Positions 40,801-55,800 of a stretch of DNA of 64,000 bases are shown here, one piece after another; position 1 is the first letter of the stretch, and each line of letters opens with the position of its first letter. The DNA comes from Balanoglossus misakiensis. Taxonomy: Eukaryota; Animalia; Hemichordata. The stretch covers positions 12,433,654 through 12,497,653 of the forward strand of contig CM082577.2 in NCBI GenBank assembly GCA_040954595.2. Reading direction: 5' to 3'. The position numbers and the translations under genes were made by a program. A model generated the notes under the pieces. That model did no database searches. It saw only the letters and a program-made list of their open reading frames with translations, and had not been told where the DNA came from.

Positions 40801-43800
40801 ATGTCTTGTAACATATCAGCTACAGCCTTGTGAAAGATTTCTGATGCTGAATTTATGCCAAAGTTCAGTCTCTTGTAGCGGTATAGGCCTACGTGTGTAG
40901 CAGACATAGTTATGTATCTTGAATCAGGATCTAAGTCTATCTGATGGTAGCCTTTGTTCAGGTCAATTTTACTGAATACACTGGCTCCATTGAGATCCAC
41001 CAGTAAATCATCTATTGTTGGCATTGGGTGTCTCTCCCTCTCTATGGCAGTATTAGGAGCTCTCATGTCAACACATACGTGAATTCCGGTTTTCTTGGGG
41101 ACCACTACTATTGGCGAAACCCATGGCGTGGCGCCCTCAGTTTTCTCTATGATGTCAAGCTGCTGTAGTTTGTCCAACTCTTGCTCGACCTTATCACGAA
41201 TGTGAAATGGAACTCGTCGGTGCTGCTGGGCTACCGGTTTCACAGTTGTATCAATGTGTAGTTTGGCCTGGATGTGATTCATTCTGCCAATTCCTTCAAA
41301 TCGGTCAGAAAATTCATCTATCAGCTTCTCAACTGTAGGTGGCGCTGTGTTTGGTGACACAGTGTTTACTATGTGAAGTAACCCTAGGCTGGTTGCTGTC
41401 TCATATCCTAGTAAATTTCCACTGGACCCTTTCACTACACAGAAACTGCTGTAACTGGACTTGTTTGTGACACTGGACTGTATACGTGTCTGTATTTCTC
41501 CCAGGATTGGTAGCGGTTTCTTGGAACTATAGGCGTATATTTTCTTTGACGTCTGAGAAATGTGTATATCCTTCATGGATTTGTAGGTTTTCTCATCAAT
41601 GACATTGACACCTGCACCGGAGTCAATCAAGCATTTCACTGTCTGGTTGCCAATGATGACTGTAGAGTGAGGTGTATGCTTACTGTTGACTGAAGACAAC
41701 ATGATGGGGTAGACATATTCATCATCTGGGGATCCACTATTTGTTCCGTCTGCTTTGAACTCCACAGTTTTCACTGCTTTCTGTGGCTTGCTTCTGCATA
41801 CTTTGGAAAAGTGTCCGACTTTCTGGCATTTTCTGCAAGTTTTGTCTCTCGCTGGACAGGAGCCTGTGTGTGGGAAATCACCTCCACACCTGTAGCAACT
41901 TCTATTTTCATTCTCCTTGGTTTGTTTCTGTTGCTGTGTTTTGGTTGAAGACTGTTTGGGTTTGGGTTTTGGTCTCTCCCATCTGCCACCAGTTTTGCTC
42001 ATCTGGTTCACACTTGTGCTCTGAGCAGATCGGTCAGTGTTCTCAATACCCTTGGCCTAGCGTTCTGACACTTCAAAGGCTCGGCCTGTATCAATGAGGT
42101 CTTTCAAAGAGAGATCTTCCCTGAGTACCCTGCGACGTAGTCGTGACGATGAACAGGACGATACTATTTGTGACTTTATTTCTTCGTCTTCGTTTGGAAA
42201 TTCACATGTTTCGGCTAATTGTCGTAGGCGGGTGTAATAGCTGTCTAACGGTACACCTTGTTTTTGTGCTGTATTTCTGAACACATAGACTTCATATGCC
42301 TTATTTACTTTAGGCAGAAAATAGTTATGCAGTGCTTGAACTGCCTTGGCGTAGTTTGTATCATCACCACTGTCTGGTAAGACATCAAAAATGTCAGCCA
42401 CATCATCACCAGCCGAATATAAGAGGTGCACACGTTTCCTCTTACCATCTTCGATGCCATGTGCTGTCAAGTACGTTTCAAACCGTTTCAGCCATTTTTT
42501 CCATCGAGGCCCTATTGATGTACTGTCATCATAAAAGTTTGGAAATGCTGGTAACGCAGTAGCCATTTTGACTGGATAGCGTAGAATTTTCTCTGTGAAT
42601 CTGTCCCACTCTGATGCTGGACGGTCGCCCCAACAAATCTGCAGAACTCTGACACTGAGCTACGATCGACGTTTTCTTATTACTATATTAGGTCCCATTG
42701 GTATAGGCATATATACCATGGGACCTTATGGGATCGGTTGCGTCTGTATGTATGTATGGATGGATGGATGGATGGATGTCTGTATGTCCGTCCACATCAA
42801 AAACTTGAAAACCGCTGCGCGTATCACCTCAATATTGGGTGTGTAGGTGCAGGCTGGGCTGTAGATGGGAGTTTGTCCAAACGAAGTTGCCAGGCCCAAA
42901 AATATGCAAATTAGCTGGAAAAATGTGAAATTTATCAAAACTCTGAAAGTCAACAACTACTCGTCAGATTGCTTTAAAAATTGGTATGCATGTACAATAT
43001 GTCAACCTCACATCGACCTGTAAGTGTTATGTTAATATCATGGATGTTTAATTTTTTATGAATTTTTTAGTCTTTTCATTAAATTTATACCTTTACTTAT
43101 ACCTCTATGGTTAAGCTATGTCCACGTCTTATTGTGGAATTCTGGTCTGTGCAATAGTCCTGTACAGTGACTGTCTATTGGTCAGTGAGCACAATGGGGC
43201 CAAAATAAAAGGCAAAATTTTGGGCTCACCTGTAACACCTGCTTAACACATTAATTATGTGCATACCTAATTGCGGGCTAAGTATTAGGGCTAGAGGTTT
43301 TGTTCTTGTGGGACATGGACCAGTATAGGGTCAAAATTTCTTGCCCAAATTTTGGGTGACCTCAGGTGACCTTTGACCTACTTTCCTATATCTCAGCATC
43401 CAGAGCAGGTACAGACTTGGCGTTTGGAAGGTTGGGACTAAAATTGAAAAGCCAAAATATTGGTCACCTGTGACACCTGCATATCTCATTAATTATGTGC
43501 ATACCTAATTCCAGGCTAACCAATAGGGCTATAGGTTTGGTTTTTGTTAAACATGGACCAGTATAAGGTGAAAATTTCTTGCCCAAATTTTGCATGACCT
43601 CAGGTGACCTTTGACCTACTTTATCATATCTTGGCATCCAGAGCAGGTACAGACTTGGCGTTTGGAGGGTTGGGACTAAAATTGAAAAGCCAAAATTGGG
43701 GGTCACCTGTGACACCTGCATATCTTATTAATTATGTGCATACCTAATTCCAGGCTAACCAATAGGGCTATAGGTTTGGTTTTGTTGAACATGGACCGGT

Positions 43801-46800
43801 ATAAGGTCAAAATTTCTTGCCCAAATTTTGCATGACCTCAGGTGACCTTTGACCTACTTTACCATATCTTGGCATCCAGAGCAGGTACAGACTTGGCGTT
43901 TGGAGGGTTGGGACTAAAATTGAAAAGCCAAAATTGGGGGTCACCTGTGACACCTGCATATCTTATTAATTATGTGCATACCTAATTCCAGGCTAACCAA
44001 TAGGGCTATAGGTTTGGTTTTTGTTGAACATGGACCAGTATAAGGTCAAAATTTCTTGCCCAAATTTTGCATGACCTCAGGTGACCTTTGACCTGCTTTA
44101 CCATTTCTTGGCATCCAGAGCAGGTACAGACTTGGCGTTCAGAGGGTTTGGACTAAAATTGAAAAGTCAAAATTGGGGGGTCTCCTGTGACACCTGCATA
44201 TCTCATTAATTATGTGCATACCTAATTCCAGGCTAACCAATAGGGCTATAGGTTGGTTTTTGTTGAACATGGACCTGTATAGGGTCAAAATTTCTTGCCC
44301 AAATTTTGCATAACCTCAGGTGACCTTTGACCTACTTTCCATATCTTGGCATCCAGAGCAGATATGCTTATTGCTATGTTGCTATGTGCTATGTTGGCTT
44401 GGGCCCGCTATTGCTGCTTGCAGATCTCCTTGCAATGTCACCTGTAATTTTTATTCTTGTTTGTCACTATTTCCGCATAATCCTCAAATGGGACCACAGT
44501 GTCCTTGATGCTATTTTTTTTCAAGATGGCGTCATGCAACGATCACTGTACGTTCTGTGTTGTTGTGTACAGCGTAGTGGTAGACTGTACACACACAGCA
44601 AATGTACTCACGATGTTCGTCTTTGATTCATTGAAAAACGTGGTTAAAATGTCTTCTAAGCATGGACTGCATGTTCACGCATCCTCGTCGCCATGTTGTA
44701 GGATATACCCTGGAAATGGGGACGGGAAATATTGGCCAATCCGATTAAAATCAGATGTAGGGAACGGCGACTTGGTTTTTTTATGCTGTCGCCTCACACT
44801 ACATCTGACCAACTCTCAATGGAGATCCCGCTGAACTCTCGCGTTCCGACCCGGCCAATCAGATTGCGTGTTATGCCGACTAAAGAATTGCACTGGGAGA
44901 TGAGAGAAATTTTGTTGTTGACTTCGAGTATCGCACAGAATACGAAAGATTGGCTTTCTCTTGTGAACAATTACATGAAATCCCATGGTATCTTTCTTTG
45001 TTTGGCGTCATCGTATTCGAGTGGATTTCGCAGAGCAGTGAAACGTCGAGCTGTAGCCATATACAAATGATGAACTGTCGTTGATCATTTATAAACTCTC
45101 CTAACAAGTCATGTTCGCCCTCATAGTCATGCTGCCAGTCGGGGAAAATGACGTACTTCATGTAAAAGTTTATAAAAAATAAACCAAATTTCACTTCCAT
45201 GTATCCCAAAACAATTTATGTGACAGATTTTTAAAAAGAACACTAACTTCGGCTAAGGAATGTCAAGTCATAGCTCCGCGTTCAGGTCTGTGTGTTCCCG
45301 ACGCACCACAGCCCTGCATAAGGCCCCATAGACAAAACTGGTGCATCTGCGGTCCGAACCCGGACGCCCGACCGCAGCTTTTTCTGTCGAAATTCGATTT
45401 TATCGAAGCAAAATCCTTTCCCTGTCTACTTCAACCGACCCCAAATATGATGCGATTAACTTCTTCTAACGTCCGTGTAACGCCGGGAACACACAGACCT
45501 GCACGCAGAGCTAGTCAAGTCAGTGCACTCTCAAACGATCGTGGCGACAGAATCTCTCCCTGGGACGGCCTTACACAAATGTAATCGATTCTCTAACAAT
45601 TTTACTGCGACTTGTTGCCACGTCTTATACATTTCGTTGACCGGTGGAATATAGAGGTTCAGTCGTCACGCTGAACTGGCTCGAAACCATTCCCCACGCT
45701 GATTCGACTCTCGCGCCCGGGATATATGTCTGTGGTAGCTCCATGGTAACAACCGCAAGGGGCCAGGTCATGTGATTGTGGGTTGCCTATCATTTGCTAT
45801 AAGGCGCCTTCTGATTGGATTAGATTCCCAGTAATTCTCGTAGAGTTCAGCGAGATCTCCATTGAGAGTTGGTCAGATGTAGTGTGAGGCGACAGCATAA
45901 AAAAACCAAGTCGCCGTTCCCTACATCTGATTTTAATGAGATTGGTAGGAAGCCATGCTGGATTCTCTGGTATGCAAATACATGTCAAAGGTCATGTGGA
46001 CATACGGAGTTCTCATTCGTATAACGGATCAGTCAGGACATTACAACGTGCACACTCAGGTAGTCAAAATTACAATAGAACCGGATGGCATATTTTTGTG
46101 TCGGTGATTTTGTTTGTGTGCTGGACGGGGCCGTATAGCATGGGGAGATCCCTGGTAAAGATTTACATCTTCTGAATCACTGAATAGGACAGAGATTGCA
46201 TTGTATGCATACATGTATATTAACTCTGCTGCAGTGACTGCTGCAGCGTCACCTGCAAATTTGACCTGTTGTTTACTCACAAGGAAGTACCGTAATATGG
46301 AATTAAAACTAGGTCCAGTGACCAGGGGTATAATTTTGCCCTGGGCAAATTTTTGTATATACATGTATGTGTGCTATATACCAACTTGATCACTGTTATA
46401 ATTATTGCTTTTACTGTTGTTATTATTATTTCACTGGTTTCCACTGGGTAAATCTTTGCTTGATATCATATTAGTTTAGTAAGCTGAGATCATACATGTG
46501 TACCATTCTCTCAGAACATGTTTAAAAATTACCGTGTTTAAACCACAAAATGTACTTAAATGTACTTGCTTTACAGTCTGAAGAGGGAAACAACAAAACC
46601 AATGAGACAAATATATACGTGGCTGCAACAAAGTATCAAGATAATGAAATGGTTTCCACTTTGAAAAGGGCAGATGAAAATATTGATGATTGTGATGACG
46701 TAAGTAATATACTTCATTCACATAGTTACCATCCTAAATGCACAATCATAACTCTTTGTTGGTAATCTTCAAGCTTCAATATTGATGAAGAATTCATAAA

Positions 46801-49800
46801 TGTCAATACATACATTTCACTGCATTTACACTAGCCCACACACATATTGTGAATCAGATAACTGCAAAGGTGAACAGATTAGTAAAAACTTTGTTTAAAA
46901 TTGATGTGTCCAGGTGACACTGCTGTTTCTTCATTATGCACAAAGTTACATGCTTTGAACACTTCATTTTTCTCCATAGTTCATAAGAATGTTACTGTTA
47001 ATTTTTGCAGTTCATGAATTTTGTTCATGATAAAGCAGTCTCAGTAGCAAAAAGACAACAATTGTTACTCATGGTATACCCACCATTTCTTTGGTAATCC
47101 TAACGTTTCAATGTATTACCTCAGGCATATTGCTGGGAAACACATCTCTTGACTTAAATATAATGTTAGTTCACAATTGAGACAAAATATCATTTCAAAG
47201 GGAAACAAAAGCCCAACTTTTTTTACATTCCATGTCAAATACCTATTTAGTAAATCCTGACTTTAATACGTGCTCGTATTGCTGAGATCGGCACTGTGTA
47301 AATCTTGGCGAAATAGCGCATATGGACAATGGGCACGAAGAGGCTCATACTAAGGGCTTTGGGCGTGACGTATTTTACAATGTATGGAAGTGCTATCCTC
47401 CAGCCATAAAAGCTTGTGTGTCTATTCAAATTATTGTCCACTGGTACTTAATCAAGATTTAAGAAAGCAACTATTTTAGCCATAATCGTAATCAATGTTT
47501 GTGCGCCAACAAAATGGCTTATTGTTGTGCTGTTGGATGCAGAAACAATTTGAGAAAAAATAAACAGGGTGAGTTTACTGGAGGCAGTGGCTGAGGAAAG
47601 TCGGAAGGGAAGAAAACGTGAGTGACAAAAAACGCAACATTGTGTCTCACCAACCTCTTCAAGAGATGCTTGGAATGCAGAGAGGAGGTTTATATCAAAA
47701 CGAAAACATGCACAGAAGGATCAATGCTAACAGCATTCCCTTAGCATTCCCAGACCATGATTAATTGTATGGCGTTTGGCAATTTGCTCGCCGTCGCTGC
47801 CATGCTTTTCAGTGGTAAAACTTTCAGTCGTGTTGTGCAATGCATTTCCTTCTTAATTAATCTGCAATTCTTCAGCGAAACAACCTATCTGTCAATTCAA
47901 AATAAATACCTGTTTCCCGCTATAAACATGGCATGGGAAAAGGAATCTGGGGTCGTGAAAGCTGATCTGTGAACCACTGACATAGTGAATTTGTCTTGTG
48001 ATGACCGCTGCGACTCTCCTGGCTGTAGTGCTAAATACGGATCGTATACTTTCCTGGAACAATCTATTGGTAAAGTGGTTGATTTCACCGGTACACAAAA
48101 TCACAGTTTGAACAGACGAAGCCATTTGCGCAGGATCAATTTGAATTGTATTTTGTTACTTCAGTGCTGTCATCATTGCTGTCATAACTATCATCGTTGT
48201 GACACCATTGATTTTGATTTGTAAACTAGCAGTGTCTTCACTAATTTGTCCAAAACCCTGAAATATTTTTTCTCTTTATCATTACCAGCAGTAAAATTGA
48301 AATTGTGTAATTCATTTTTGTCATCTATTGTTTGTAGTTTAAACGTTATTTATTATTGCTCAAACGTTGAAAGTTAAATCTGTGTAGGGAAAATTAGTAC
48401 TAACGAGAATTTCAGCACAAAACAAACGTTGTTTATTAATACGGCAATCATTCTAATGTCGAAATAAAACTGATTGGTAGGGTTTGATTTTATCAGGAAA
48501 AATGATTCTGTGTTGGAGGTGTCACTTTCCAGGGTCTCGATGCTAGACGTATCATATCATTAATGACGTCCCATGAAATTTTTCGTGCCCATTGTCCAGA
48601 TGCCCTATTTTGCCAAGATTGACACACAGCCAATCTCAGCAATGCAAGCACGTATGCACGCAATTCAAAATGGGAAAATTAGCTGGGCTTGTGTGTCCAT
48701 TTAATTATACTATTTACAAATTGAAACATTAAATGCTTCTACATGTAGGTATGTACTTCATAGTACACTGGCCTTTTGGAGAGAATTGGTTACATCATGT
48801 CTGCATAGTGGCCTCTAGCAAGAAAACATTGCAACACAATCACCACTTAATGATATTAAATGATATTGTGGTAAAAATGACTTGCATTTTGAAAAAAAAT
48901 ATATAGCAAAACCTCAATGTTTAGGCCAACATTAGCTGGTACATAATGAAAAGAGGTAAAATGTTTTTCAATTTATATACTAATTAAGTTTGAATAGAAT
49001 AAGTTCATGTTATAGACAAATATGTTCTAAATAAAGATTTAGGGTGAAATGAAAACCTAATGTATTGAGTTACATATTGACACAATTTGAAACTAAAATT
49101 AAGGACCTTGTTTCATCATAGAATTTACATTCATTTCGAAAGACCCCAAGTCCAAAATTTTTATATTTCATTTGCAGACCATGAAAAATCTTGGCAGGAA
49201 AATTGTGAAATTTTAATTAAATTTTAGAATGGACAAAAACTACTTGTGAGTCTCCAAATCTGATTAAAATCAGCTGTAAACATAGCTGGTGTCTTTATAC
49301 TTTTGATTGATCTTTCACGTTCTTGTTAGGATATTCTGTGCATTACTGCTTGTCTCTTCCATACATCTGAACAACACCTACCAGTATGACAAGTATATAG
49401 AGTCTTGTTCAAATCTTACAAGGAAAATCGAGTTTGAATTTAGATAGCATGCAGTTAATACATGCCTTAGTCTACGATAAATACCAATTCTCATTATACA
49501 TGTACAACAATTGGTGAAGTACATAAACAGCAAATATAATGATGCCACCTATCTCCCCAGCTGATTTTAATCAGGTTAACTTGGTTCTGGTCCCTCTCTA
49601 ATCAAAGGCACTAGGTTAACAGTTACCTTAATTTATGTGTTGAAAAAGCTAACACTGAAATGGGCACCAGCTAGGAGAAAATGACTGCAGTTTACATGCC
49701 TATACATACGATAAGCCCACTTATTTCCAGGATATTTGTAAGATGGCCAAAATGCACTTGGTGTAGAAGAGCAAAACAGACTGATGTGGTACAGGAGAAG

Positions 49801-52800
49801 ATATGTTCAACTAACTGTTACACTAATAGTAAACATTCACTTACTTTCTAAGGATGCACAAACAGCCTTGCATCGCACATGTAGGAAGGGATACCTTGAA
49901 GCAGCTGAGATATTGTTGGATTGTGGAGCCAATAATTTTGAGAAAGACAAGGTAATATAAAAGGAGTCATTTTACTTTTGATTCAATGTGCTATCAATAC
50001 TTCCATAAAATAAATAATTTAGTACAGTCAGGTAACTTATATTCATATTGATGGTCGCAAACCATGTTTTAATTGGATGATTTCCAACTTATCTGACAAA
50101 TGCTGGGTGATATCAACTACACAGTTGTGTTTTATACAATGTACTGACATTATTTTGTCATTCTGTAAGCAGGAATTTACTTAAATGGCAATACCATGAA
50201 CATTCACACAATAAAGTGAACTATAATTTCTAAACATTCTTTATTACCATCAGAAAGGAAGGCAGGCGCTGCATCATGCTGTACTAAGTGGTAACAGTAA
50301 ACTGGTGACCCTCATTTGTGAAAACTCTGCAGATATGCAAGCTGGTGATGAGGTATTTGATTATATAAATATTTTGTATCGAAGTCATCACACATTTGAA
50401 ATAGTCTACTGAAATCCCTTACTCTGGGAGTGTACGTGGGTAGTCATCATGTCAAACATGTTATATCAATATCAGTGTTGTTTAAAATTGTCAGCACATA
50501 CTTAAATTAGTTCATGATACTTCATGCATGGAAATTTTCTGGTTGTTGTAAGTTCCAGATAAAATTGCCAAGATAAATGACTTTCAATATTGATGCCAGG
50601 CAGTATGTCACAAGTATTTGTACTTGCAAATATTGTAAAATAAAGCTTGCGTCTTCCTGGTATAATTTCATTCCAATCATTAGTGATTGTGCAATGCACC
50701 CTTACTGTACTGGTATATGACCTTAGGGAAAGTAAGTGTATAAAACATAAAACGAAATAAGATTTATCAATTATTAATGTTTTCCTATCAAATACAATGA
50801 TCAACTTAGTGACTGAATATTGCATTCATGTTGACCACTAGGATAAAGTCAAGTGTGCAGTGTAATGCTATTATTTACATGTATCTTTTACGTGGTCTGT
50901 TTTATTGTATAGGAGGGAAAAACTGCCCTTCACTATGCTGCTGTACACTGTGAAATGGAAATGGTGCAAACTTTACTTAAATGTAATGCAAACATAAATT
51001 CAGCAGATAAGGTATGATCGAAACATCTTAAACTTATTTTTGTCCCACTTTTTACAGTATTTATCAGCAGTTGCACTCTACAGTGCCACTTAACATATGT
51101 GTTACATTGTTATAGATACATTATTAATGTAAGTATTAGATCAGACAATTGGGTGAGCTCTTTTATTGAAGACAAAACATGATGTGATCAAAACTAAGGA
51201 TACGCACATTTTCAGCAACATATTTCTGAAACCTAGTGTATTACGTTTCATAAAGTATGTCAACTGTATTCGGGTCAACTGTCACTCAATAGTCGAAGGA
51301 ATGTTATGATATGATAGAAAATATGACGAATGACCATTACCTTTTCAGGACGGCAAAACTGCATTGTACGATGTACTTGATAGTATTGAAGACAACAAAG
51401 GGAAGAAAATTATGATGGCCAAGTTTCTTTTACACGAGAAAGCCAAAATACACAAGACTGAAGAGGTAAGTTCACAAATAATTTTATAATTGCTTGTCAC
51501 AAGTTCACTGACCAGTCTCACCAAATATCACAATTGATATTTAACTTTAATCACAAATTATACAATTAAATATGACTGGGCATTCTTAAGGAGACCTAGA
51601 AATTATTTCATTCACTCTGTTGACCCTGAAAAATGTCAACTTCTCGGTAGTCCCAGGTAATATTGATTTGAAAGAACCAGGTATAATATATAGCAATAAT
51701 GATAAATTTCACAATTTGCAGCATTGCTTTTGAGACTTATGCCCAACAACTGTCAAGATGGAAAAACCTAAATATTATTAGTATTATTATTATTATATTC
51801 AGTAAACTACCTTTTTTCTCCTTCATTACACACCTATTTCATGTTATTATATTTCAAAGAATGAAGATGACTGCTCTCATCAATGTATGAAACAATTTGA
51901 AAAACAATAGGAGTATTAAATAAACAAATCCAACCCTATTGATAATGGCCAATGATATTATGTTTCAGGATAATTTGCTCCACTTCTATTGGGCAGCTCA
52001 AGAGTCAGAGAAAATTTTGGAGAGCCTTCAAACAGCTGAAGAAGACATCAACGGACTGCATGAGGTATCTTCTCAAGTTTATACAGAAGTAGTTTTAATT
52101 GCCAATGAATACATCTTGTATAGCACATAATACTACGATGTTCAGAATACTAGCAACAAATGCCAAACTAGCAACACCATATTTCTTTTAGGGGGCCCGA
52201 CACGTTATCTCTAAAATTGTAACAACGTCTCAATTTAGTAGACAAAGAGGCACCCCCATCCCAATTGCGCAGTTGAAGTACGTCCGTGTTGAGAGAGACG
52301 TGTTGACTCGAACACGGACGATGAGAGTTGTTTAGTATGTCGAACGCTGCTCCAAGAAGCTCGTAGTTACCTTCTGACAGGGACATTCGCTAAACAACTC
52401 TCGTTGTCCGTGTTCGAGTCGACACGTCTCTCTCAACACGCACATACTTCAACTGCGCAATTGGGATGGAGGGACGCCTCTTTGTCTATTAAATTGTGAC
52501 ATTGTTACAATTTCAGAGATAACGCGTTGCTGGCATGAAAGAAATACGATGTTGCCAGTTTGCCGTTTGTTGCCGGTATTTAGAATTCTGTGGTAAAATA
52601 CACATGATAATCACCTGTCTGAGCTAATAAAAACTGTCATCATACAAACCGTGAAGACTAAAATATACTATGATGATCAAAAAGATATTTACCTGGTACT
52701 ACAACTCTCAATTAGCTGCAACAGCCACCAAACAAGCAACAAGGCATTTCTTTGATACCAGCAACAAGTTATCTTTGAAAATGTAACAACATTACAATTT

Positions 52801-55800
52801 AGTACACATAGAGGTGCCCCATCCAAATTGCGCAATTGAAGTAGTGGGTGTTGAGAGAGACATGAACAGAAAGGGGTAGGAGACTCGAGCACGGCTGACG
52901 TGAGTTGTTTATTTTTAGCCTGTCTACGAAGCTTGTAGTTATCTTCTGACCGGGATATTTACGCTTGAATGGACTGGGTTCCTCCCATAGGTCGGTAGAT
53001 TCCCGTGAAGCAGAGATGTGAATTTTGCCGTTCGTAGTTCCACGGGTTGTAGTATATCCCGTCTGTTGAACTTTATTTTAGAGAATCGGCATATTGCGAA
53101 GAGAGACGATTGAGATGAGAATTAGCAGTGTAGGATAGACATTATGTTACCAAACTGCTGTGTTGTATTCTGAATTTGTGTTGTTGAAATAAATACAAGT
53201 TACAATGCAAGAGTTTGAACCGCATTACTATGCTGAGAGAGATAGTTTTGTGGCAAATTGCAGCGATCACCCGACTGTTTGATGACTTTCTCAATGTATG
53301 AACTCAGCTTGACACATTAGGCTTACATTGTTTAAAAAATAAAGTTAACGTGTCATCGCACCCAGCGGCGGACACCACATGATTTTTTTTTTCAGATCTG
53401 GCTTTTTTAGCTCCGATTTGCTGTCACTTGTGTCAGCCGAGCTGTAGCAGTAGGTTGATAAGTGTACGTCCGTCCATCGCCTGTCGTCCGTCGTCCGTCA
53501 ACGTTTGGTATTTCAATCTTCTTCTTTAAAACAACTTGGCATATTTAGCTGAAATTTGGTTGGAATATGTGTTATGGTGTCCTTAACTGATTTTGTTAAT
53601 TTGGATTTGATGGGGTCATGAATATGCAAATTAGATCTAAAAATAGAAGTTTCGGTAAAAATCTTCTTCTCCACAACTACATGTACAATGGAGCTGAAAT
53701 TTGTTAGGAATGTGTGTTATGGTGCCCCTACCTGATTTTGTTAATTTGGATTTGATGGGGTCATGAATATGCAAATTAGATCTAAAAATATAATTTTTGG
53801 TCAAAAATCTTCTTCTCCATAACTACATGTGGTGCCCCTACGTGATTTTGTTAATTTGGATATGATGGGGTCATAAATATGCAAATTAGATCTAAAAATA
53901 GAATTTTTGGTAAAAAATCTTCTTCTCCCTAACTGCATGTACGATGGAGCTGAAATTTGGTAGGAGGATTTGTTCGGGTCTTGAATATGCAAATTAGATC
54001 TAAAAATAGAATGTTTGGTCAAAAATCTTCTTCTCCATAACTACATGTACGATGGAGCTGAAATTTTGTAGGAATGTGTGTTATGGTGCCCCTACCTGAT
54101 TTTGTTAATTTGGATATGATGGGGTCATGAATATTCAAATTAGAACCTTGGTGCTTCCTTTTGAGGTTGTTCTTTTATAGAATACAATTCTTTCTTTCTT
54201 TAGCACAATGAATCAAGCTGAATTTGGATAAATATTTGTGATGTCTATGTTTGGTTTTGTTCAATAGAATACAATTGTTATGAATTAAAACCTAGGGTAT
54301 TCATATCATTGCCCAGGTTACATTGTTAAAGTCAACAGAGCTCTTTTGACCGACAGGTCACTTGTCAACGTGTTTGTTTGACGTTCATGATTAGTATACC
54401 AGTATATCCATGTTTTTGTTTCACTATTTTTCATTCTGAAAACCCCAAAGTTTAAAACATGTACACTATGACCAGAAAAGGCCTCTGACACCTTATGCTG
54501 TCTGGCAGCCAGGATGGGATATCCGACTGTGGTGCAGCTCAAAGTGGCATTGGAGCTTCGTTGGGCGGACATGGTGGCCGTTCCACTGGCCATGTTGGGA
54601 GCCGTGCAGCCGGCCGGTGGATCGACGTCACACACTTTAATACAAGCCGGCGTGTGGCAATCGGCAATACGTTTTGTGGATTGGCAGAGCTGAGTTCCGT
54701 CGAAGGCGCGTTAGGAGATCCAGAAGAAGTTGAAGTGAAACTGGACGGAAACCCTTGGAGATATGCGACTGTCGAATTCTGTGGCTGTCCCGGTGACTGA
54801 GATCAAACAACGGGTCCAGCAACCACCCGAGCCCGCAATTGCCACACGCCGGCGGGAATTAAAGTGCGGGATATCGATTCACCGGCTGGCTGCACCGCTC
54901 CCAACATGACCAGCGGGATGCCCACCGTGTCGGCCCAATGAGGCCCCGATGCCACTTTGAGCTGCACCGCAGCCAGATATCCCACTCTGGCTGCCAGACA
55001 GCATATGAAGACTGAGGCCTTTCTACGATGATAAACATAGAAGTACATGTATTTGTATAATGAATGTCTCAGTCTGGATTTTTACAGACAGTGTACTTTG
55101 TGAAATTTTCAGATTTCTTTTTCAAATGGACTTTGTGACATTTTTCAGACCTGGCTTTTTCAATGTGTTTGTATGGTGTTCATGATTAGTATAGCCGTGT
55201 TCTTGTTCCGCTTTTTCCCATTCCGAAAAGGCCAAAGTTTCAAACGTGATGTACACTCTGACTTGTTTATTACTCCGTGGTTACTAATAAAACTTGTTAT
55301 GAAAAATCCTAACTTCAACTGGGCAATTGGGATGGGGGCGCCTCTTTAAATTGTGACGTTGTTACACTTTCAGAGATAACGTGTCGCTGGCATCAAAGAA
55401 ATACGGTGTTGCTAGTTTGGCGGCTGTTGCAGCTAAATTGAATTTTGTTGCTGTCACACCCTAATGATTTCAAATTCATAGTATGCCTTTTGTGCAAACA
55501 TGTCATGCAAAACAAAGATCACAAAATAATAATTTCTGCATTCATTACTGATATATTAACAAAATTTGATGCATTTTTCTAAGAATATTCAGATCGATAT
55601 CATATGAACATATTGTTGAAAGTGTGAGAAATATAGGCTAGAAAACTATTGTCCTTTCCAGGTTGACGGCATGAAGTGTACAACGTTGCAATATGCAATA
55701 AAGGAAAATGCACCATTGAAAGTCCTGGAATGTTTGATATCCAGAGGAGCTGATGTCAATAGACTCGATGATGTAAGTTGAGCTGACTGCATATTGCACT

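Larger units (their letters stand above)
37463..46045 (-). mobile_element. Gypsy (Mag-like) LTR retrotransposon with three nested insertions
   Basis: LTRs 37463-37639 and 44697-46045 (the latter split by a MULE); TSD ACGCG/ACGTG; PBS TGGCGACGAGGATG at 44680-44693; PPT next to 37640. Confidence 0.93.

Noticed and set aside
49731-49810. Possible extra ankyrin exon (DGQNAL in one frame after a CAG)
   Set aside because: The frame from the acceptor hits a stop, and the alternative frame has no ankyrin consensus or good donor.
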